Notes: generated from the sequence alone by a model not told the origin. Shown: positions 20,720 to 32,432, counted from the stretch's first letter. The stretch: 64,000 bases of DNA from an uncultured cyanobacterium (GCA_963718615.1 OY970368.1:4320001-4384000), one strand, 5' to 3'. Made by a program: numbers and translations.

Positions 20720-23700
20720 TCATCCTTCCACCTCCAGCACTGCTTCCCCACTGCGACCAAACTCCTCCGGCGCATACTGCAACTGAGCCTGGGCTCCCGG
20801 CCAACGGTACTCCCCCGGCGTCACCGATCGCACTAAATAATGCAAACTATAAATCCCTGCCTCCAACTGTTCCCCATAGGCCACAACGCGGTCCTGATAA
20901 ATCGTTTGATAACTCAACTGCCAACTATCATCCTCCGCCTCAAAGTAAGGCGTGGAAGTCTGGAAGCTATTGTCCACCGCCTCAAACCCCGCAGGCAGCG
21001 GATCAGTAATCACCAGATGATCCACCGGATGGTCCGCAATCACCTCAATGCCAATGTCAAACACCTGGCCCGCCCTGACCTGAAGCGGCTTTTCCACAGC
21101 CGAGAGACCGTGACGGGCGATCGCCTCACTGCCCTTTTGTCCCCCCTGAACTGGCTTAACCTCCCGCGTCACCCGCAGGCCACCAAACCGACCGGGCAAC
21201 GCATTTTGAGGCCGATAGCGATAGGCCGCAAGATAGTGCAACGTGCCTGAACCGGATTTGCTCAGAACCAGCTCCTGGTTGCCGTTGAGTAGATTTGCCA
21301 TGGCAACTGTTTGGATTTGACTGGGCTGGGTGGGGCTGAGGGGGGCGGTGGCGATCGCCTGATTCCCCAACGTCGCCGTAGCAGTGAATTGGGCATTCAC
21401 GGGCTCGGCTTTCGCAACCGTGGCAAGGGCCAAAAGCGCCTGGGCGTTGTTATAGCGATTCCCCCAGGTGCCTTCTGGGTTGCGTAGACTCAACAGACTG
21501 CGCAGCAGGCGATCGACCCGTTCTACGGGCAAATCCCGTTGCACATACAGCCGCAATGCCTGAGCCTGTTCCACCGTGGGCGAGTCTAGCCACCCCCAGC
21601 GCGGGGGCAAATTCAACCGGGCATTGCGTCCGCTGTCGTAGAGAACTGAATCAAACTCAGTCAGTAGCGCTTGGGCTTGGCTTTGCCAGTTCGGTAGCCG
21701 CAGCAAATGCCGAGCCAACTGAAGCTGATTGACTAAGCTCAGATCATTGCGCTCTTGATAGATCTGGGAAACATAATCCTCCCGGACATCACCCAGTTCC
21801 GCCAAGGCATTCAGCGCACCCAAACGCAGCGAGGCTTTACAAAGGGGGTCGTCGCAATAGCTGTACTGGCCTGGGTCCGAGAGGAGTTTGTCGAGATAAC
21901 GGCGGAGGCTCGCCAACAGCGTCGAGTTCACGGGAATTTGGGCCTGCTGGGCCTGGGCGATCGCCTCTGCCGCATAGGGCGTTACCCCCGGATCGCTCTG
22001 CTCCGCTGTGGCCCAACTGGCAAAGCCACCGTCCGGTTTTTGCAGGGTTTGGAGTTGTTCTAGGGCGGCGATCGCCGTTTTCTGAAGCTGTGACTTTCTC
22101 GGTGCATAAATGCCCGTTCCCAGATTGAGCAAACTCGCCGCAGTGGCTAACTGACTCGCAGTCGGTTCCAGGAACTCCAGATTCTCCTCATTCAACACCG
22201 CATCCGCCGCTGCGTTCATTTCCGGAATGAGCGTACTGGCCAGGGAGACTTCTAATCCCCCCGCATTGGGGATGACCTGATCCTTGTTGATCTGCAACGG
22301 GATCGTGACGGTGTTTTGGGTGGTGCCTGTTTCGATGGTCTGCTCGGTGAGGTCGAGCGATCGCACGCTCAAGGGCAGTTCAAAGGCGTCAATATGCTGA
22401 TTCAACTGGGCTTCAAAGGCGATTTTTGTATCCCCTGAGGCTTCGACAACCACGGGAAACCTTAACGCCTCGGTTTTGCCGTCACCGACTTTTTGTCGTG
22501 CTTCGGTTGTTTGACCCTCTTCTGCCTGACCTCCTCCTTTCGTAAATTTCAGTCCCTCTCCCAGTTGACTGCTGACTGCAACGGTGCCGCCTTTGCCAGT
22601 GCTGTTGGTAAGCGTGAGGCCGAGATTGAGGCGATCGCCCGGTCGGGCAAACTGGGGCAGGGCCGGATTGGCCAGGAGCGGTCGCTGGGTCATAAACGTC
22701 TCTTCGCCGTTGCCGGCGGCATAGGGAGCATTACCGGATTGGGCCGTTTGGGCCAAACCTACGGCCATGACGCGCCAAGTTGTCAGGTCATCGGGAAGTT
22801 TAAATTGAATCTGGGCTTGGCCTTTAGCATCGGTCTGCACTGCGCCATTGTAGTAGGCCAAGGGGCGAAAATCGCGCCGCGCACGGGTGTTGCCGCTGCC
22901 GGTGGAAAAGCCGCCGCCATAGCCCCAGCCTTTTTCCAGGGGCGAGGCTGGGGTTTGCAAAATCACGTCGAGGCGATTATCGTTGAACCGAGTTGTGATC
23001 GGTTGCTCGGCATACAAGGTTTTGACCAGATCCGGAGGCCGATAGCCTGTCAGTTGTAGGACCGCCTCATTGACGACCATGACCGCCATTTGCCCCTGCA
23101 CAGGTTGGTTTTGGGCATTGGTAACCGTGAACGCCACAGTTTGATCGGTGCCTGGTTCTAAGGTTTTGTTTTGCGGTTGTACGGCCACCTGAAGGTATTG
23201 ACTGGCGAGGTCTAGGGTGAAGGACTGGAAGCCAATTTGCACTAGATCCTCCAGTTGATTCACTTCATTTTCCGCCAGATCCGCCAGAGGTTTGCCTTTG
23301 CGGACCAGCACCGCTTCCACCGCCGCATTGGGCAACATTTCTGGGGTGACGGTGAACTGAACTTGGGGGGCGCTGCCCTGGACGGGCACAATGGTTTGGT
23401 AGAGGGGGCGATCGCGCACCACGGACAAAAACAATTCTCCTGCCTCAAAGGGTGACTGAATCAGCACCGTCGCGGTATCCCCCGGCTTATAGGTTTCCCG
23501 ATCGAGCTGTAGCTCCAGTTTGGCCTGGTCCCGTCTTCCCCAGAAAAACGATCCCGTACCCGTGGCCCAGAGACTGCGTTCGGTTGCCGTGGCATCGGAG
23601 GAGCTACCTACCAAATTAGCGCGGATGCGATAGGCCCCGGCTTCCGGTGCGGTGAACTGGACCGGTTGAGGTTGCTCCCCTGAGCGGACTGTGGCCTGGG

Positions 23701-26569
23701 CAACGGGTTTGTACGTGACTTGGTTGCGATCGCGTTCACTCCCCGCCACTACCTGACGGATGTAGCTAAACTCCCGCTGTTCGAGCTGCAACTCAACCGC
23801 TTGTCCCGAAATTGCTTGCCCCTCCGGATCCGTAACAATTACATCCACGGAGAAGGCTTGACCCGCATCGGCAACAGAGTTGCTGCGTAATCCGATCAGG
23901 CGATCGCTCGGCAACGCCGTCAGGGTTTGGCTACTGCCCACGGATAGGTTCGCAACGTCCGTCACATCGGCATCCACCCGGTAGGTCATGGGATAGGGGA
24001 GGTCCTGGGCGATGGCGATCGCCTGTTGTCCCTGACCCTGGCCATTGAGCGTGCCTTGTTCCTGCAACACCTCCGACTCGACTTCCGGGGCTTTCTCCGG
24101 CCAGAGCCACTGTCGCCCAAACTGGAACGCCTCCCAACCCTTGGGGGCAAAATCCTCGGCGGGACGGCGGGTGACAAAATACTGAATCTGAGCATCTGCT
24201 AAGGGCGCGCCGAACAGATACTGGCTCTCCGCATTAGCCGTGATCTCACTGCCTGCGGTGGCGAACGGTTTACTAAGTTGTAGATCAACCTTAAAGTTCA
24301 GTGGTTTGAACTCGGCCACGCGAAATTCCCCCGCCAGTTCAGGATAGTCGCCGCCGTTCCGTTTGGCTTTGATTTGATAGAAGCCGAGGGCTTGGCTGTC
24401 CTCTAGGGGCAGATCAACGGAGAAGGTGCCCAGTTTCGTCGTGGTTTTCTGGCCGAGGGCTTGGGATTGACCCTCCGGCCCTTGGATGCTTACAACATAG
24501 GTTGCATTGGCATCCGCTTGCAATTTGCCGTCCTTGAGGTAGTAAGCCACGCCGGTAAAGTCAGCGGTTTCGCCCGGTTGATAGAGTTGGCGATCGGAAA
24601 AGATGGTCCCTCGGGATTCAACTTGACCACTATTCCACTGAGGACTAACGCCATAGCCATAGGAGCCACTGTAGGCATCTGTTGCGGCAAAGGCCCAGTC
24701 GTCCGCTTCTCGCACCACAGCCAAAAGCTTTGGCCCCTCCTGCTCATAGGCGTCGCTGGCCCGTCCTGCCGCGTAGCAAGATTGCAGCGCCCCCCCTTGT
24801 AACTGGAATGTACCCTGGGCATCGGTTTTGCCCGTGGCGCAGGGGCCAGAGGCGTTGGCGTAGATCTCCACGGGTGCATTGGCAACCGGCGAACCATCCT
24901 GGAGATGATGAGCACGAACCCAGCCCAACGTGGGGAACCACTGGGCAAAGACGCCGAGGCGTGTGAGCTGGACCATGCCGTAGAATTCGGGCGATCGCTG
25001 TTTCGTCTTCCCGTCTTCTTGATAGGAATTGGTTTTGCCCGTTACCCCATAGGCCACCAGCCCCGTCGGTTTCTTCAAAATATCTTTGAGGTTTAAAGCC
25101 ATTTCAGCAGGCTGATTCGGTTGCGGATTTTTAACCGTAACCGCGTTCCACTGACCCACCGGAGGCAAGAGTGATTCTACGGTTCCTGCAATGTAGTCCA
25201 GCGATTCACCCGCGATATCCTGCGGCTGCAACACCTTCACCGTTTGCTGAAACTTGGCCTCGGGCAAATTCACCGCCGAGACATTCAGCGCAATCTCCTG
25301 ACCCGCTGGAAAAATATTCAAATCCCCCGGTGCCCACAAATCCGCTGCTACATCGCCGGTTTCATAGGTCAAGGTTTGGGCCTGTTCCAGAGTTTGACCA
25401 AAAATATCTTGAATGCCAGTTCCTAGTTCAACTTGATAGGTCGTCCCCGGCTCCAAGGCCCAGGGATTGAGATCTACGGTTTGAGATTCATCGTAGATTC
25501 GCAGGGCAGGCACGGAGGCATTGGGTTCTGGCGTCAGCTTGATATTGGCCAATACCGAGTCGCGATCGAGGGGATTATTAAATGTGAGTTGTGCTTGCCC
25601 TTTAACAAACCGACCATAGGTGCCGCCGCCATCGGGTTGGCCAAAATAATCAATTTTCTTGAACTGTAGCGGGGCGTAGGTGGTGATCGTGCTGGCGATC
25701 GCCTTCTCTAAGGCCAAATTCCCCACCGCAGGCCGCAATCCCGGCGTTAGCTCTAGGCTATAGGCCGTAGATTTCTCCAGTTTTTTGCTGGGCTCTAGCC
25801 TGTAGCGCCAGGGTTTTTGGGAGGGATCAAAGGCGATCGCACTCGACCGAAATGACTCCTCCGATTTCTCTAGACTGGGCTTGAGCGTTACCACTTGATC
25901 GCCCACCCGCAGCACTGCATGCTCCTTCAGCGAATCCAAATCCAGTTCTGTATTGGCAACAAAGCCCAACGCTGGCGATAGCGAAAACGGTGGTTGATAC
26001 TCTTGGTCCGCTGATAGGTCAGAAATTTCAATCGCCGGGGTTTCAAAACTCCACACCAAATCCTCGCTGAGTTGATGATTGCTCAGATCTTTTAATCCAG
26101 CCTTGAGACGCACCTGGAACCGACTGGCAACGGGGAGGGCGCGATCGCTCTGGAATCCCACCATACGCGGCGTTAAAATCCGAAACTGCCCTGGGAACTT
26201 CGGCTGTAGTTCAAACTGATCCAGAATGACCTGCTGGTTATCGCTTTCCAGTGCCTCCAGCGGAATCAAGGGCTCCTTGAAGCGAATCCGGATCTGGGAT
26301 AGGGGTTGCGCCTGCTTCTGTGGCGAGATTTCTTCAATCCAGTCCGGTAGGGTTGGCTCCGGTACGGCCTCCACGCTGGCCAGGGGAGACAAGGGTTCAG
26401 TTTGTGTTTGTCCCGAGGACTGACTCACCGACATCCCCGGCTGCGCCGATGGTTGGGGATTACAGGCCGAGAGACCCAACGCCAGATGGAACCCCAACCA
26501 AACCAAAACCAACCAGGTTGCAAACCGACGTCCCACGGCGATGACCTCTCTGTCCAATATTCCCCACAC
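20720..26569 (-). CDS. Bacterial alpha-2-macroglobulin family lipoprotein
   Basis: Lipobox LSAC, FSDRQLYQPGE, KLPDDLTTWRVMA, DPLPAGFE, QYAPEEFGRS; 1949 aa. Confidence 0.93.
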   Translation of the reverse strand: MWGILDREVIAVGRRFATWLVLVWLGFHLALGLSACNPQPSAQPGMSVSQSSGQTQTEPLSPLASVEAVPEPTLPDWIEEISPQKQAQPLSQIRIRFKEPLIPLEALESDNQQVILDQFELQPKFPGQFRILTPRMVGFQSDRALPVASRFQVRLKAGLKDLSNHQLSEDLVWSFETPAIEISDLSADQEYQPPFSLSPALGFVANTELDLDSLKEHAVLRVGDQVVTLKPSLEKSEESFRSSAIAFDPSQKPWRYRLEPSKKLEKSTAYSLELTPGLRPAVGNLALEKAIASTITTYAPLQFKKIDYFGQPDGGGTYGRFVKGQAQLTFNNPLDRDSVLANIKLTPEPNASVPALRIYDESQTVDLNPWALEPGTTYQVELGTGIQDIFGQTLEQAQTLTYETGDVAADLWAPGDLNIFPAGQEIALNVSAVNLPEAKFQQTVKVLQPQDIAGESLDYIAGTVESLLPPVGQWNAVTVKNPQPNQPAEMALNLKDILKKPTGLVAYGVTGKTNSYQEDGKTKQRSPEFYGMVQLTRLGVFAQWFPTLGWVRAHHLQDGSPVANAPVEIYANASGPCATGKTDAQGTFQLQGGALQSCYAAGRASDAYEQEGPKLLAVVREADDWAFAATDAYSGSYGYGVSPQWNSGQVESRGTIFSDRQLYQPGETADFTGVAYYLKDGKLQADANATYVVSIQGPEGQSQALGQKTTTKLGTFSVDLPLEDSQALGFYQIKAKRNGGDYPELAGEFRVAEFKPLNFKVDLQLSKPFATAGSEITANAESQYLFGAPLADAQIQYFVTRRPAEDFAPKGWEAFQFGRQWLWPEKAPEVESEVLQEQGTLNGQGQGQQAIAIAQDLPYPMTYRVDADVTDVANLSVGSSQTLTALPSDRLIGLRSNSVADAGQAFSVDVIVTDPEGQAISGQAVELQLEQREFSYIRQVVAGSERDRNQVTYKPVAQATVRSGEQPQPVQFTAPEAGAYRIRANLVGSSSDATATERSLWATGTGSFFWGRRDQAKLELQLDRETYKPGDTATVLIQSPFEAGELFLSVVRDRPLYQTIVPVQGSAPQVQFTVTPEMLPNAAVEAVLVRKGKPLADLAENEVNQLEDLVQIGFQSFTLDLASQYLQVAVQPQNKTLEPGTDQTVAFTVTNAQNQPVQGQMAVMVVNEAVLQLTGYRPPDLVKTLYAEQPITTRFNDNRLDVILQTPASPLEKGWGYGGGFSTGSGNTRARRDFRPLAYYNGAVQTDAKGQAQIQFKLPDDLTTWRVMAVGLAQTAQSGNAPYAAGNGEETFMTQRPLLANPALPQFARPGDRLNLGLTLTNSTGKGGTVAVSSQLGEGLKFTKGGGQAEEGQTTEARQKVGDGKTEALRFPVVVEASGDTKIAFEAQLNQHIDAFELPLSVRSLDLTEQTIETGTTQNTVTIPLQINKDQVIPNAGGLEVSLASTLIPEMNAAADAVLNEENLEFLEPTASQLATAASLLNLGTGIYAPRKSQLQKTAIAALEQLQTLQKPDGGFASWATAEQSDPGVTPYAAEAIAQAQQAQIPVNSTLLASLRRYLDKLLSDPGQYSYCDDPLCKASLRLGALNALAELGDVREDYVSQIYQERNDLSLVNQLQLARHLLRLPNWQSQAQALLTEFDSVLYDSGRNARLNLPPRWGWLDSPTVEQAQALRLYVQRDLPVERVDRLLRSLLSLRNPEGTWGNRYNNAQALLALATVAKAEPVNAQFTATATLGNQAIATAPLSPTQPSQIQTVAMANLLNGNQELVLSKSGSGTLHYLAAYRYRPQNALPGRFGGLRVTREVKPVQGGQKGSEAIARHGLSAVEKPLQVRAGQVFDIGIEVIADHPVDHLVITDPLPAGFEAVDNSFQTSTPYFEAEDDSWQLSYQTIYQDRVVAYGEQLEAGIYSLHYLVRSVTPGEYRWPGAQAQLQYAPEEFGRSGEAVLEVEG

Positions 26570-26683
26570 GGTCCGACTCAGGAACCTCCAAGCCTAGATC
26601 CGTGATAACCGAGGGCGATCGCCCTTGACAGGCTCTGGGCATAATTCTTAACGTCGTGCTTAACCTTACGCTGCCCATCGGCC

Positions 26684-26902
26684 CTAGCGGCGGCGACGCT
26701 CCAAAAACTTCAGCACATCCTCAGCATAAAAATTAACCTGAGCCAGCCCATGGACGATTAAGAGCCAGCGATCGCCTTTAGACTTAATCAACCATTCCCC
26801 TTCCCCTGGAGCACTGATCACAATCTCGCCCTGCTCATCCAAACCACAGACAAATCTCCAGGCTTGGGCCTGGCTCAGCAACTCCTCATTAGACAAAGAC
26901 AT
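26684..26902 (-). CDS. Small hypothetical cyanobacterial protein
   Basis: 72-aa ORF from ATG 26902; WLLIVHGLAQVNF..EDVLKFLERRR. Confidence 0.55.
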   Translation of the reverse strand: MSLSNEELLSQAQAWRFVCGLDEQGEIVISAPGEGEWLIKSKGDRWLLIVHGLAQVNFYAEDVLKFLERRRR

Positions 26903-27103
26903 TGTTGGACCAAGACATCGTTCACACAGGTAAGCAAAAACAGGGGCTGTCAGCCCCTTGTCATGAAATTTTGAAATTAGGTCGCCAGCTCTAGTTGACC
27001 ACAGGGACATTAAGTCATCAGCAAGCTAAGTTTAAGAACAGGTTATGAAACAGGCGAGTCTTGAGAAAAGACTTAGCCGAGCTTAAGCGAGGAACTTAGT
27101 TTA

Positions 27104-28414
27104 GGGACTTCCAGGGAAATAATCATGCCAATAGTGGTTCAGGGCGATAGCCAATATCGATAAACCATTTGCCGAGATTCAAGGGTTTGCCGTTGACCTC
27201 GAACTCGGGGAGGCGCTGAATCTGCGTTTCCACCTCAGCCATCGCCAGTTTGGTCAGTTTGACGCCAGTTTGATAAGTTTGGGTTACGAGTTTAACCACT
27301 GGATGGTGACCGTTCCAAGTCATGGATTGGGCGAATTTCAAAACAGTGTCAATGTCATCGAGAATGGTGCCATTCCAGTGATTTTCGAGAACGCCCCAGG
27401 TTCTTTCTATTGGATTGTATTTACTGTGATAGGGCGGATAATAAGCCAAGCGGAGATTTATCTGATGACGCTGGGCAAAGTCCACCATCCGTTTCATGAA
27501 CTGCGTGCGTCGAGAATGATTTTCTGGACCATTATCCTGGTGGAGTAATAACGTCTGAACCGCCGAGAACCGCTGCCGATGCTCCAACCACCAATCTTCC
27601 AAAGCATCGACGATGAAGTCACTGGTCACGTTTGAGGTAGTGCAATAGAGAAATAGTTCGTCCCATTGCGGTAGGAAAATACCGTAGGGGATGACCGTCG
27701 CTTGAGGTTGAAAATCATGGTCGCAGGCTTCGGTCAGGAGCCGATTTTTGCCCTTTCGGGAGAACGGCCCTACTTTCACAGCGGCTTTGGCGTCCAACGA
27801 GAGTCGTAATACTGTGGGGTCGTCGAGGGCGACGGCATTGACGACAGCCATCTGGTCAAAAATGGCATCGGTCAAGGCAATTTTTTTTGAGGTTTCGTTT
27901 TCCCGACCTTGCTGGGGTAATAGCCCAATTGATTCAGCCGCGTTCGGATGGTTTCGGTCGTGGGCAATTCCTCGTCGCGATAGCCGTTTTGGGCAATCAG
28001 TTGACGGCGCACTTCGGCGGCACTCAGACGGGTGTACAAGCGATTTGTCGTGAATTTCGGATCGCTCTGGCTTTGGCTATCCACGAGCGCTTGAATATCC
28101 CTCAGCAAGTTGGGTAAACGGCTCTCTGTTCGCTTGCGACCACGCATCTTAAAGGCATCGACACAAATCACGCCGTTCTCGATTTCGCGTTGCCCTTTGC
28201 GAATCAAGTCACGATGCCAACCTAATTCGCGCTCGGCGAGGCGCTGTCCTCCTCGCCCTAGCTCTGCTACAGTTTGGGCCATAAACCGACGACGCTCGTG
28301 GCCTTGCAGACACTCGGCGGTCTCTTTCAATAACACTTTGAGGGAGTCTGTGAGTTTCAACATGAACTCAGTTTAGTTCATGCCTGCTGGGACGATTTAT
28401 TTATTGGAAGTCCC
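27104..28414 (-). mobile_element. ISAzo13-family insertion sequence
   Basis: Terminal IRs GGGACTTCCA...TGGAAGTCCC; TTA direct repeat at 27101-27103 and 28415-28417. Confidence 0.9.
27123..28363 (-). CDS. ISAzo13 transposase in two ORFs (27872-28363 and 27123-27875), joined by a probable frameshift at the A-run near 27881-27888
   Basis: SLDAKA, DNGPEN, YYPPYHSKYNPIER DDE motifs; KTKPQKK at the junction. Confidence 0.88.
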
Positions 28415-29218
28415 TTAACCAAAGCGTCCATTGATATAGTCCTGGGTTTCTGGGTGGGTGGGTTGCTTAAAAATTTTCTGGGTGCGGTCAAACTCAATCA
28501 GTTTACCCAAGTACATAAAGGCAGTGTAATCCGAGATCCGCGCTGCCTGTTGCATACTGTGAGTTACAATCAGCACCGTCACCTGCTCCTTCAGTTGGAT
28601 CATCAGTTCCTCGATGCTTGCGGTGGCAATTGGATCCAAGGCAGAGGTGGGTTCGTCAAACAAAATTAACTCTGGGTCTGTGGCTAAGGCCCGCGCAATA
28701 CAAAGACGCTGTTGCTGGCCGCCCGAGAGGTTGTAGGCTTGATCCTCTAGTCGGTCTTTTACCTCGTCCCATAGTGCGGCTTGCTGTAAGGATTTTTCAA
28801 CTTTTTTATCTAATACACGACGGCGAGTTTCTCCCCGAACCCGTAGGCCGTAGGCTACATTTTCGTAGATGGACTTAGGAAACGGATTGGGTCGCTGAAA
28901 TACCATGCTAATCCGCATCCGAACTTCAATAGGATCAATTTTGCGAGAAATTAAATTGACCGCAGAATCGAGTAGAATTTTGCCTTCATAGCGATTACCA
29001 TCGTAGAGATCATGCATACGGTTAAAACAACGCAAAAGGGTTGTTTTACCACAGCCAGAGGGACCGATGAGCGCTGTAATTTGTTTCTCTGGGATGGCTA
29101 AACTAACATTTTTAATGGCATGAACATTGCCATAGTAAAAGTTCAGATTAATCGCCTCTACTTTTGCGTTGTGGGCGATCGCCGATGGAGAACTAAATCC
29201 AGAAGTTTCGCTTACCAT
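28415..29218 (-). CDS. pstB: Phosphate ABC transporter ATPase
   Basis: [47 protein letters not shown]. Confidence 0.96.
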   Translation of the reverse strand: MVSETSGFSSPSAIAHNAKVEAINLNFYYGNVHAIKNVSLAIPEKQITALIGPSGCGKTTLLRCFNRMHDLYDGNRYEGKILLDSAVNLISRKIDPIEVRMRISMVFQRPNPFPKSIYENVAYGLRVRGETRRRVLDKKVEKSLQQAALWDEVKDRLEDQAYNLSGGQQQRLCIARALATDPELILFDEPTSALDPIATASIEELMIQLKEQVTVLIVTHSMQQAARISDYTAFMYLGKLIEFDRTQKIFKQPTHPETQDYINGRFG

Positions 29219-30147
29219 TTGATATTTTTCCGCAGACGATAACGAATAAAAATTGCCAATCCATTCATGAACAGGGTCAACGTGACGAGCACTGCACCGG
29301 CTGCCGCTGCATTCACTTCAAAAGCCAGATCCGGTCGCGAGACCCAGCTAAACATTTGAATCGGTAAGACTGTAAAGGGAGACAGTAACCAGGAAAAGGA
29401 AAGGAAGGGAAATTCAGATTTAAAGGGGGAATCTGGTAAAAACGTAATGAAGGTTAGGGCACCAATGGTGACCAAGGGAGCTGTTTCACCAATGGCGCGA
29501 GATAATCCAATAATCACGCCCGTCAAAATGCTTCCCATGGAGTAGGGCAAAATATGGTCCTTGATCATACGCCATTTGCTAGCACCCAGGGCATAGGCCG
29601 CTTCTCGCAGACTACTCGGAATGGATCGTAATGCTTCTCGGGTCGTCACAATCACAACGGGCAGAACAAGCAGCGCTAAGGTCAATCCAGCAGTGATGAT
29701 ACTTTCACCCAAATTTAACGCGTATTTGAATAGGCCGAGGGCCAGCAAGCCATAGACAATCGAGGGAACACCGGCCAAATTGGTGACATTGATTTCAATC
29801 AGGTCTGCTAGCCAACCTTTCCTGGCATATTCTTCTAGATAAATTCCCGCCGCAATGCCCACGGGCACGGCAAGCGTCGTGGTCACGAGCATGACGAGCA
29901 TGCTGCCCACGAGGGCAATAAAAACCCCTGCATCTTCCGCATCGCTACTGGCGGGGGAAGAAAGAAACTGCCAATTGAGGCGGCTGATGCCTTGGCCAAA
30001 GAGACTAACGATGAGTACCAAAAGGACCAGCAATGCAACCAGAATGGAAATCAATCCAACGATCGCAAAAATATTGCTGTATAACTGTCGTCGAGAGACA
30101 GATTTGCGCAGAGCAATCAGTCCATGCTCGGGGATTGCGATCGCCAT
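29212..30147 (-). CDS. pstA: Phosphate ABC permease PstA (start 30147)
   Basis: [27 protein letters not shown]. Confidence 0.95.
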   Translation of the reverse strand: MAIAIPEHGLIALRKSVSRRQLYSNIFAIVGLISILVALLVLLVLIVSLFGQGISRLNWQFLSSPASSDAEDAGVFIALVGSMLVMLVTTTLAVPVGIAAGIYLEEYARKGWLADLIEINVTNLAGVPSIVYGLLALGLFKYALNLGESIITAGLTLALLVLPVVIVTTREALRSIPSSLREAAYALGASKWRMIKDHILPYSMGSILTGVIIGLSRAIGETAPLVTIGALTFITFLPDSPFKSEFPFLSFSWLLSPFTVLPIQMFSWVSRPDLAFEVNAAAAGAVLVTLTLFMNGLAIFIRYRLRKNIKW

Positions 30148-30148
30148 C

Positions 30149-31060
30149 CTAATAGTTCTCCCGATATCGCTTACTGAGGAAGTGGCCAAAAATATTAAAG
30201 ACTAATGTCATTAAGGCCAAAACCAAACCCGCTGCAAAAACCGTTTGGTAAGCGGTAGAACCGTGGGGCAAATCCCCCAAACTGACCTGAACGATGTAAG
30301 CCGTAATGGTTGCCGCAGGCTCTAGGGGGTTGAGGGTAATGGTCGGCTGCAAACCAGCGGCGATCGCCACAATCATGGTTTCACCAACAGCACGGGAAAT
30401 AGACAGAATATAAGAGGAAGAAATGCCCGAAATTGCCGCAGGAAAGACAACCCTAACCGCCGTTTGAAACCGAGTTGCCCCAGTGGCATAGGAGCCCTCA
30501 CGGAGTTCCCGAGGGACAGCCCGCATTGCATCTTCACTAATCGACGCCACCAGGGGAATAATCATAATCCCCATCACTAAACCGGGACTGAGCATATTAA
30601 ATCCTGGCAAACTGGGCAGAATTTTTTGCAGCAGGGGCGTGACAAGGATCAGCGCAAAATAGCCGTAGACCACGGTTGGAATCCCGGACAGCATTTCAAG
30701 ACCCGGCTTAATCAATTCCCGCACCCGATCTGAGGCAAATTCGCTCAAGTAAAATGCCGACAACGTCCCCATGGGAATGGCGACCGTTAAGGCGATGAGC
30801 GAAGTCATTAGGGTTCCACAGACCAAGGGCAAAATCCCATAGGTCGGCGGTTCAAACATGGGAGCCCAATCCGTTCCCGTGAGAAACTCAACAATTGAAA
30901 CGTCCTTGAATAACCCAATCGACTCAGTGATGAGAATCACCATGATGGCAGCGGTGGTCGCGACTGCCACCAAAGCAGAGGCAAAAAGGACAGCTTCGAT
31001 GGCTTTCTCTCTGATGTGACGACCTCGGCGGTATTCTAAATTAGAGGCTTGAACATTCAT
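30149..31060 (-). CDS. pstC: Phosphate ABC permease PstC
   Basis: FLTGTDWAP, GIPTVVYG, SRAVGETM. Confidence 0.95.
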   Translation of the reverse strand: MNVQASNLEYRRGRHIREKAIEAVLFASALVAVATTAAIMVILITESIGLFKDVSIVEFLTGTDWAPMFEPPTYGILPLVCGTLMTSLIALTVAIPMGTLSAFYLSEFASDRVRELIKPGLEMLSGIPTVVYGYFALILVTPLLQKILPSLPGFNMLSPGLVMGIMIIPLVASISEDAMRAVPRELREGSYATGATRFQTAVRVVFPAAISGISSSYILSISRAVGETMIVAIAAGLQPTITLNPLEPAATITAYIVQVSLGDLPHGSTAYQTVFAAGLVLALMTLVFNIFGHFLSKRYRENY

Positions 31061-31086
31061 TATAAAATCGAAACCGTAAAAGGCAG

Positions 31087-31110
31087 AAGGGGGTAATCAA
31101 TCACCCCCTT
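31087..31110. terminator. Intergenic hairpin between pstS and pstC
   Basis: AAGGGGGT-N8-ACCCCCTT. Confidence 0.4.
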
Positions 31111-31193
31111 GGTTGGCATCTTCGCGACTAGACTGCCACGGGCAAAGTCCCAGATTCAGTCACCAAGTTTTGCCGGGTAGCGACTTAGAAACG

Positions 31194-32129
31194 CTATTTG
31201 AAGCTCTTGAACTTAGACAAGGTTTGCTGATAAGCAGCAGCCTTGTAAGGCACATAGCCAACCTTATCAACGGTTGTGCCCGCATTTTTGAGATAGTACT
31301 CTACAAAAGAGCGGACTTCGGGCTTTTTGGCCGCCTTATCAGACACATAGATAAAGATAGGGCGGGACAGCGGCGTATACTTGCCATTCAACACGTTCGC
31401 ATCCGTGGGCTGGACACCGTTGATGGCGACAGACTTAAGCTTGTCCTTGTGGGCGAGGTAGTAGGCATAGCCAAAGTAGCCAAGCCCATTGGCATCGTTT
31501 TCTACGCCGCGAACCAGGATGTTGTCATCCTCACTGGCCGTGTAGTCCTTACGGCTTGCACCAGACTTGCCATTAATTTCTTCGGTGAAGTAGTCAAAGG
31601 TTCCAGAGTCAGCACCCGGTCCAAAAAGGCGCATTTTAGTATTGGGTAACCCTGACCGAACCTGGCTCCAAGTAGATACCTTACCCTGGGATTCCGGAGC
31701 CCAAATTTTCTTCAGTTCCGCTGTCGTCAGGTTGCTAACAGCTGTGTTTTTCTTATTGACTACGACGGTAAGAGCATCAATGGCAACGGGAAGTTCGACA
31801 TACTTGATTCCCTTTGCTGCACAAGCTTTCTTTTCAGAATCTTTGATTGGGCGGGAGGCATTGGAGATATCGGTCTCACCAGCACAAAACTTTTTAAAGC
31901 CGCCGCCTGTACCCGAAACACCCACGGTCACCCGAACCGCCTTATTGGCTTTCTGGAAACCATCAGCCACTCGTTCAGTAATGGGGAAAACGGTGCTTGA
32001 ACCATCGATTTTTACAATTTTTGCAGATTGAGCAACCCCCATAGTTGGCACCAGGGTCACTGCTCCCACCAGAGCAGACACAGCGGATAGGGCTGCAACG
32101 TTCTTTAGCGCGTTCAACTTAGCAGTCAT
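31194..32129 (-). CDS. pstS: Phosphate-binding protein PstS
   Basis: IDGSSTVFP, SGTGGGFKKFC, DSGTFDYF, YTPLSRPIFIY. Confidence 0.93.
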   Translation of the reverse strand: MTAKLNALKNVAALSAVSALVGAVTLVPTMGVAQSAKIVKIDGSSTVFPITERVADGFQKANKAVRVTVGVSGTGGGFKKFCAGETDISNASRPIKDSEKKACAAKGIKYVELPVAIDALTVVVNKKNTAVSNLTTAELKKIWAPESQGKVSTWSQVRSGLPNTKMRLFGPGADSGTFDYFTEEINGKSGASRKDYTASEDDNILVRGVENDANGLGYFGYAYYLAHKDKLKSVAINGVQPTDANVLNGKYTPLSRPIFIYVSDKAAKKPEVRSFVEYYLKNAGTTVDKVGYVPYKAAAYQQTLSKFKSFK

Positions 32130-32310
32130 GATTTGACCTAGAAATTCCTTTCAAACGTAATCCAATGAGATAAAGGTCACCGGGATCAACACTGTGCGGT
32201 CTAGAAGTCGAACCGCACAAGACTAAGCGACAAGTGAATCAAGGTCCGAAAAACTGATTTTCAAAAATCAGTATGTTCACAGATATCACCAGATACAGTT
32301 AAAACTAGTT

Positions 32311-32373
32311 AGGTTAAGATCACGGAATCAAAGTCATAAGAAATCTGTAAGATTAGATTAACAAACGATTAAG
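32311..32373 (-). promoter_or_regulatory. Putative SphR Pho box (11-bp-period YTTAAYYW-like repeats)
   Basis: Minus strand CTTAATCG-ttt-GTTAATCT-aat-CTTACAGA-ttt-CTTATGAC plus an in-register CTTAACCT, upstream of pstS. Confidence 0.7.
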
Positions 32374-32432
32374 GTCGAAGAATTTAAGCTTTTCTTCCGT
32401 ATAGAGAACAGGATGAGCTCCTATGGAAGCCT

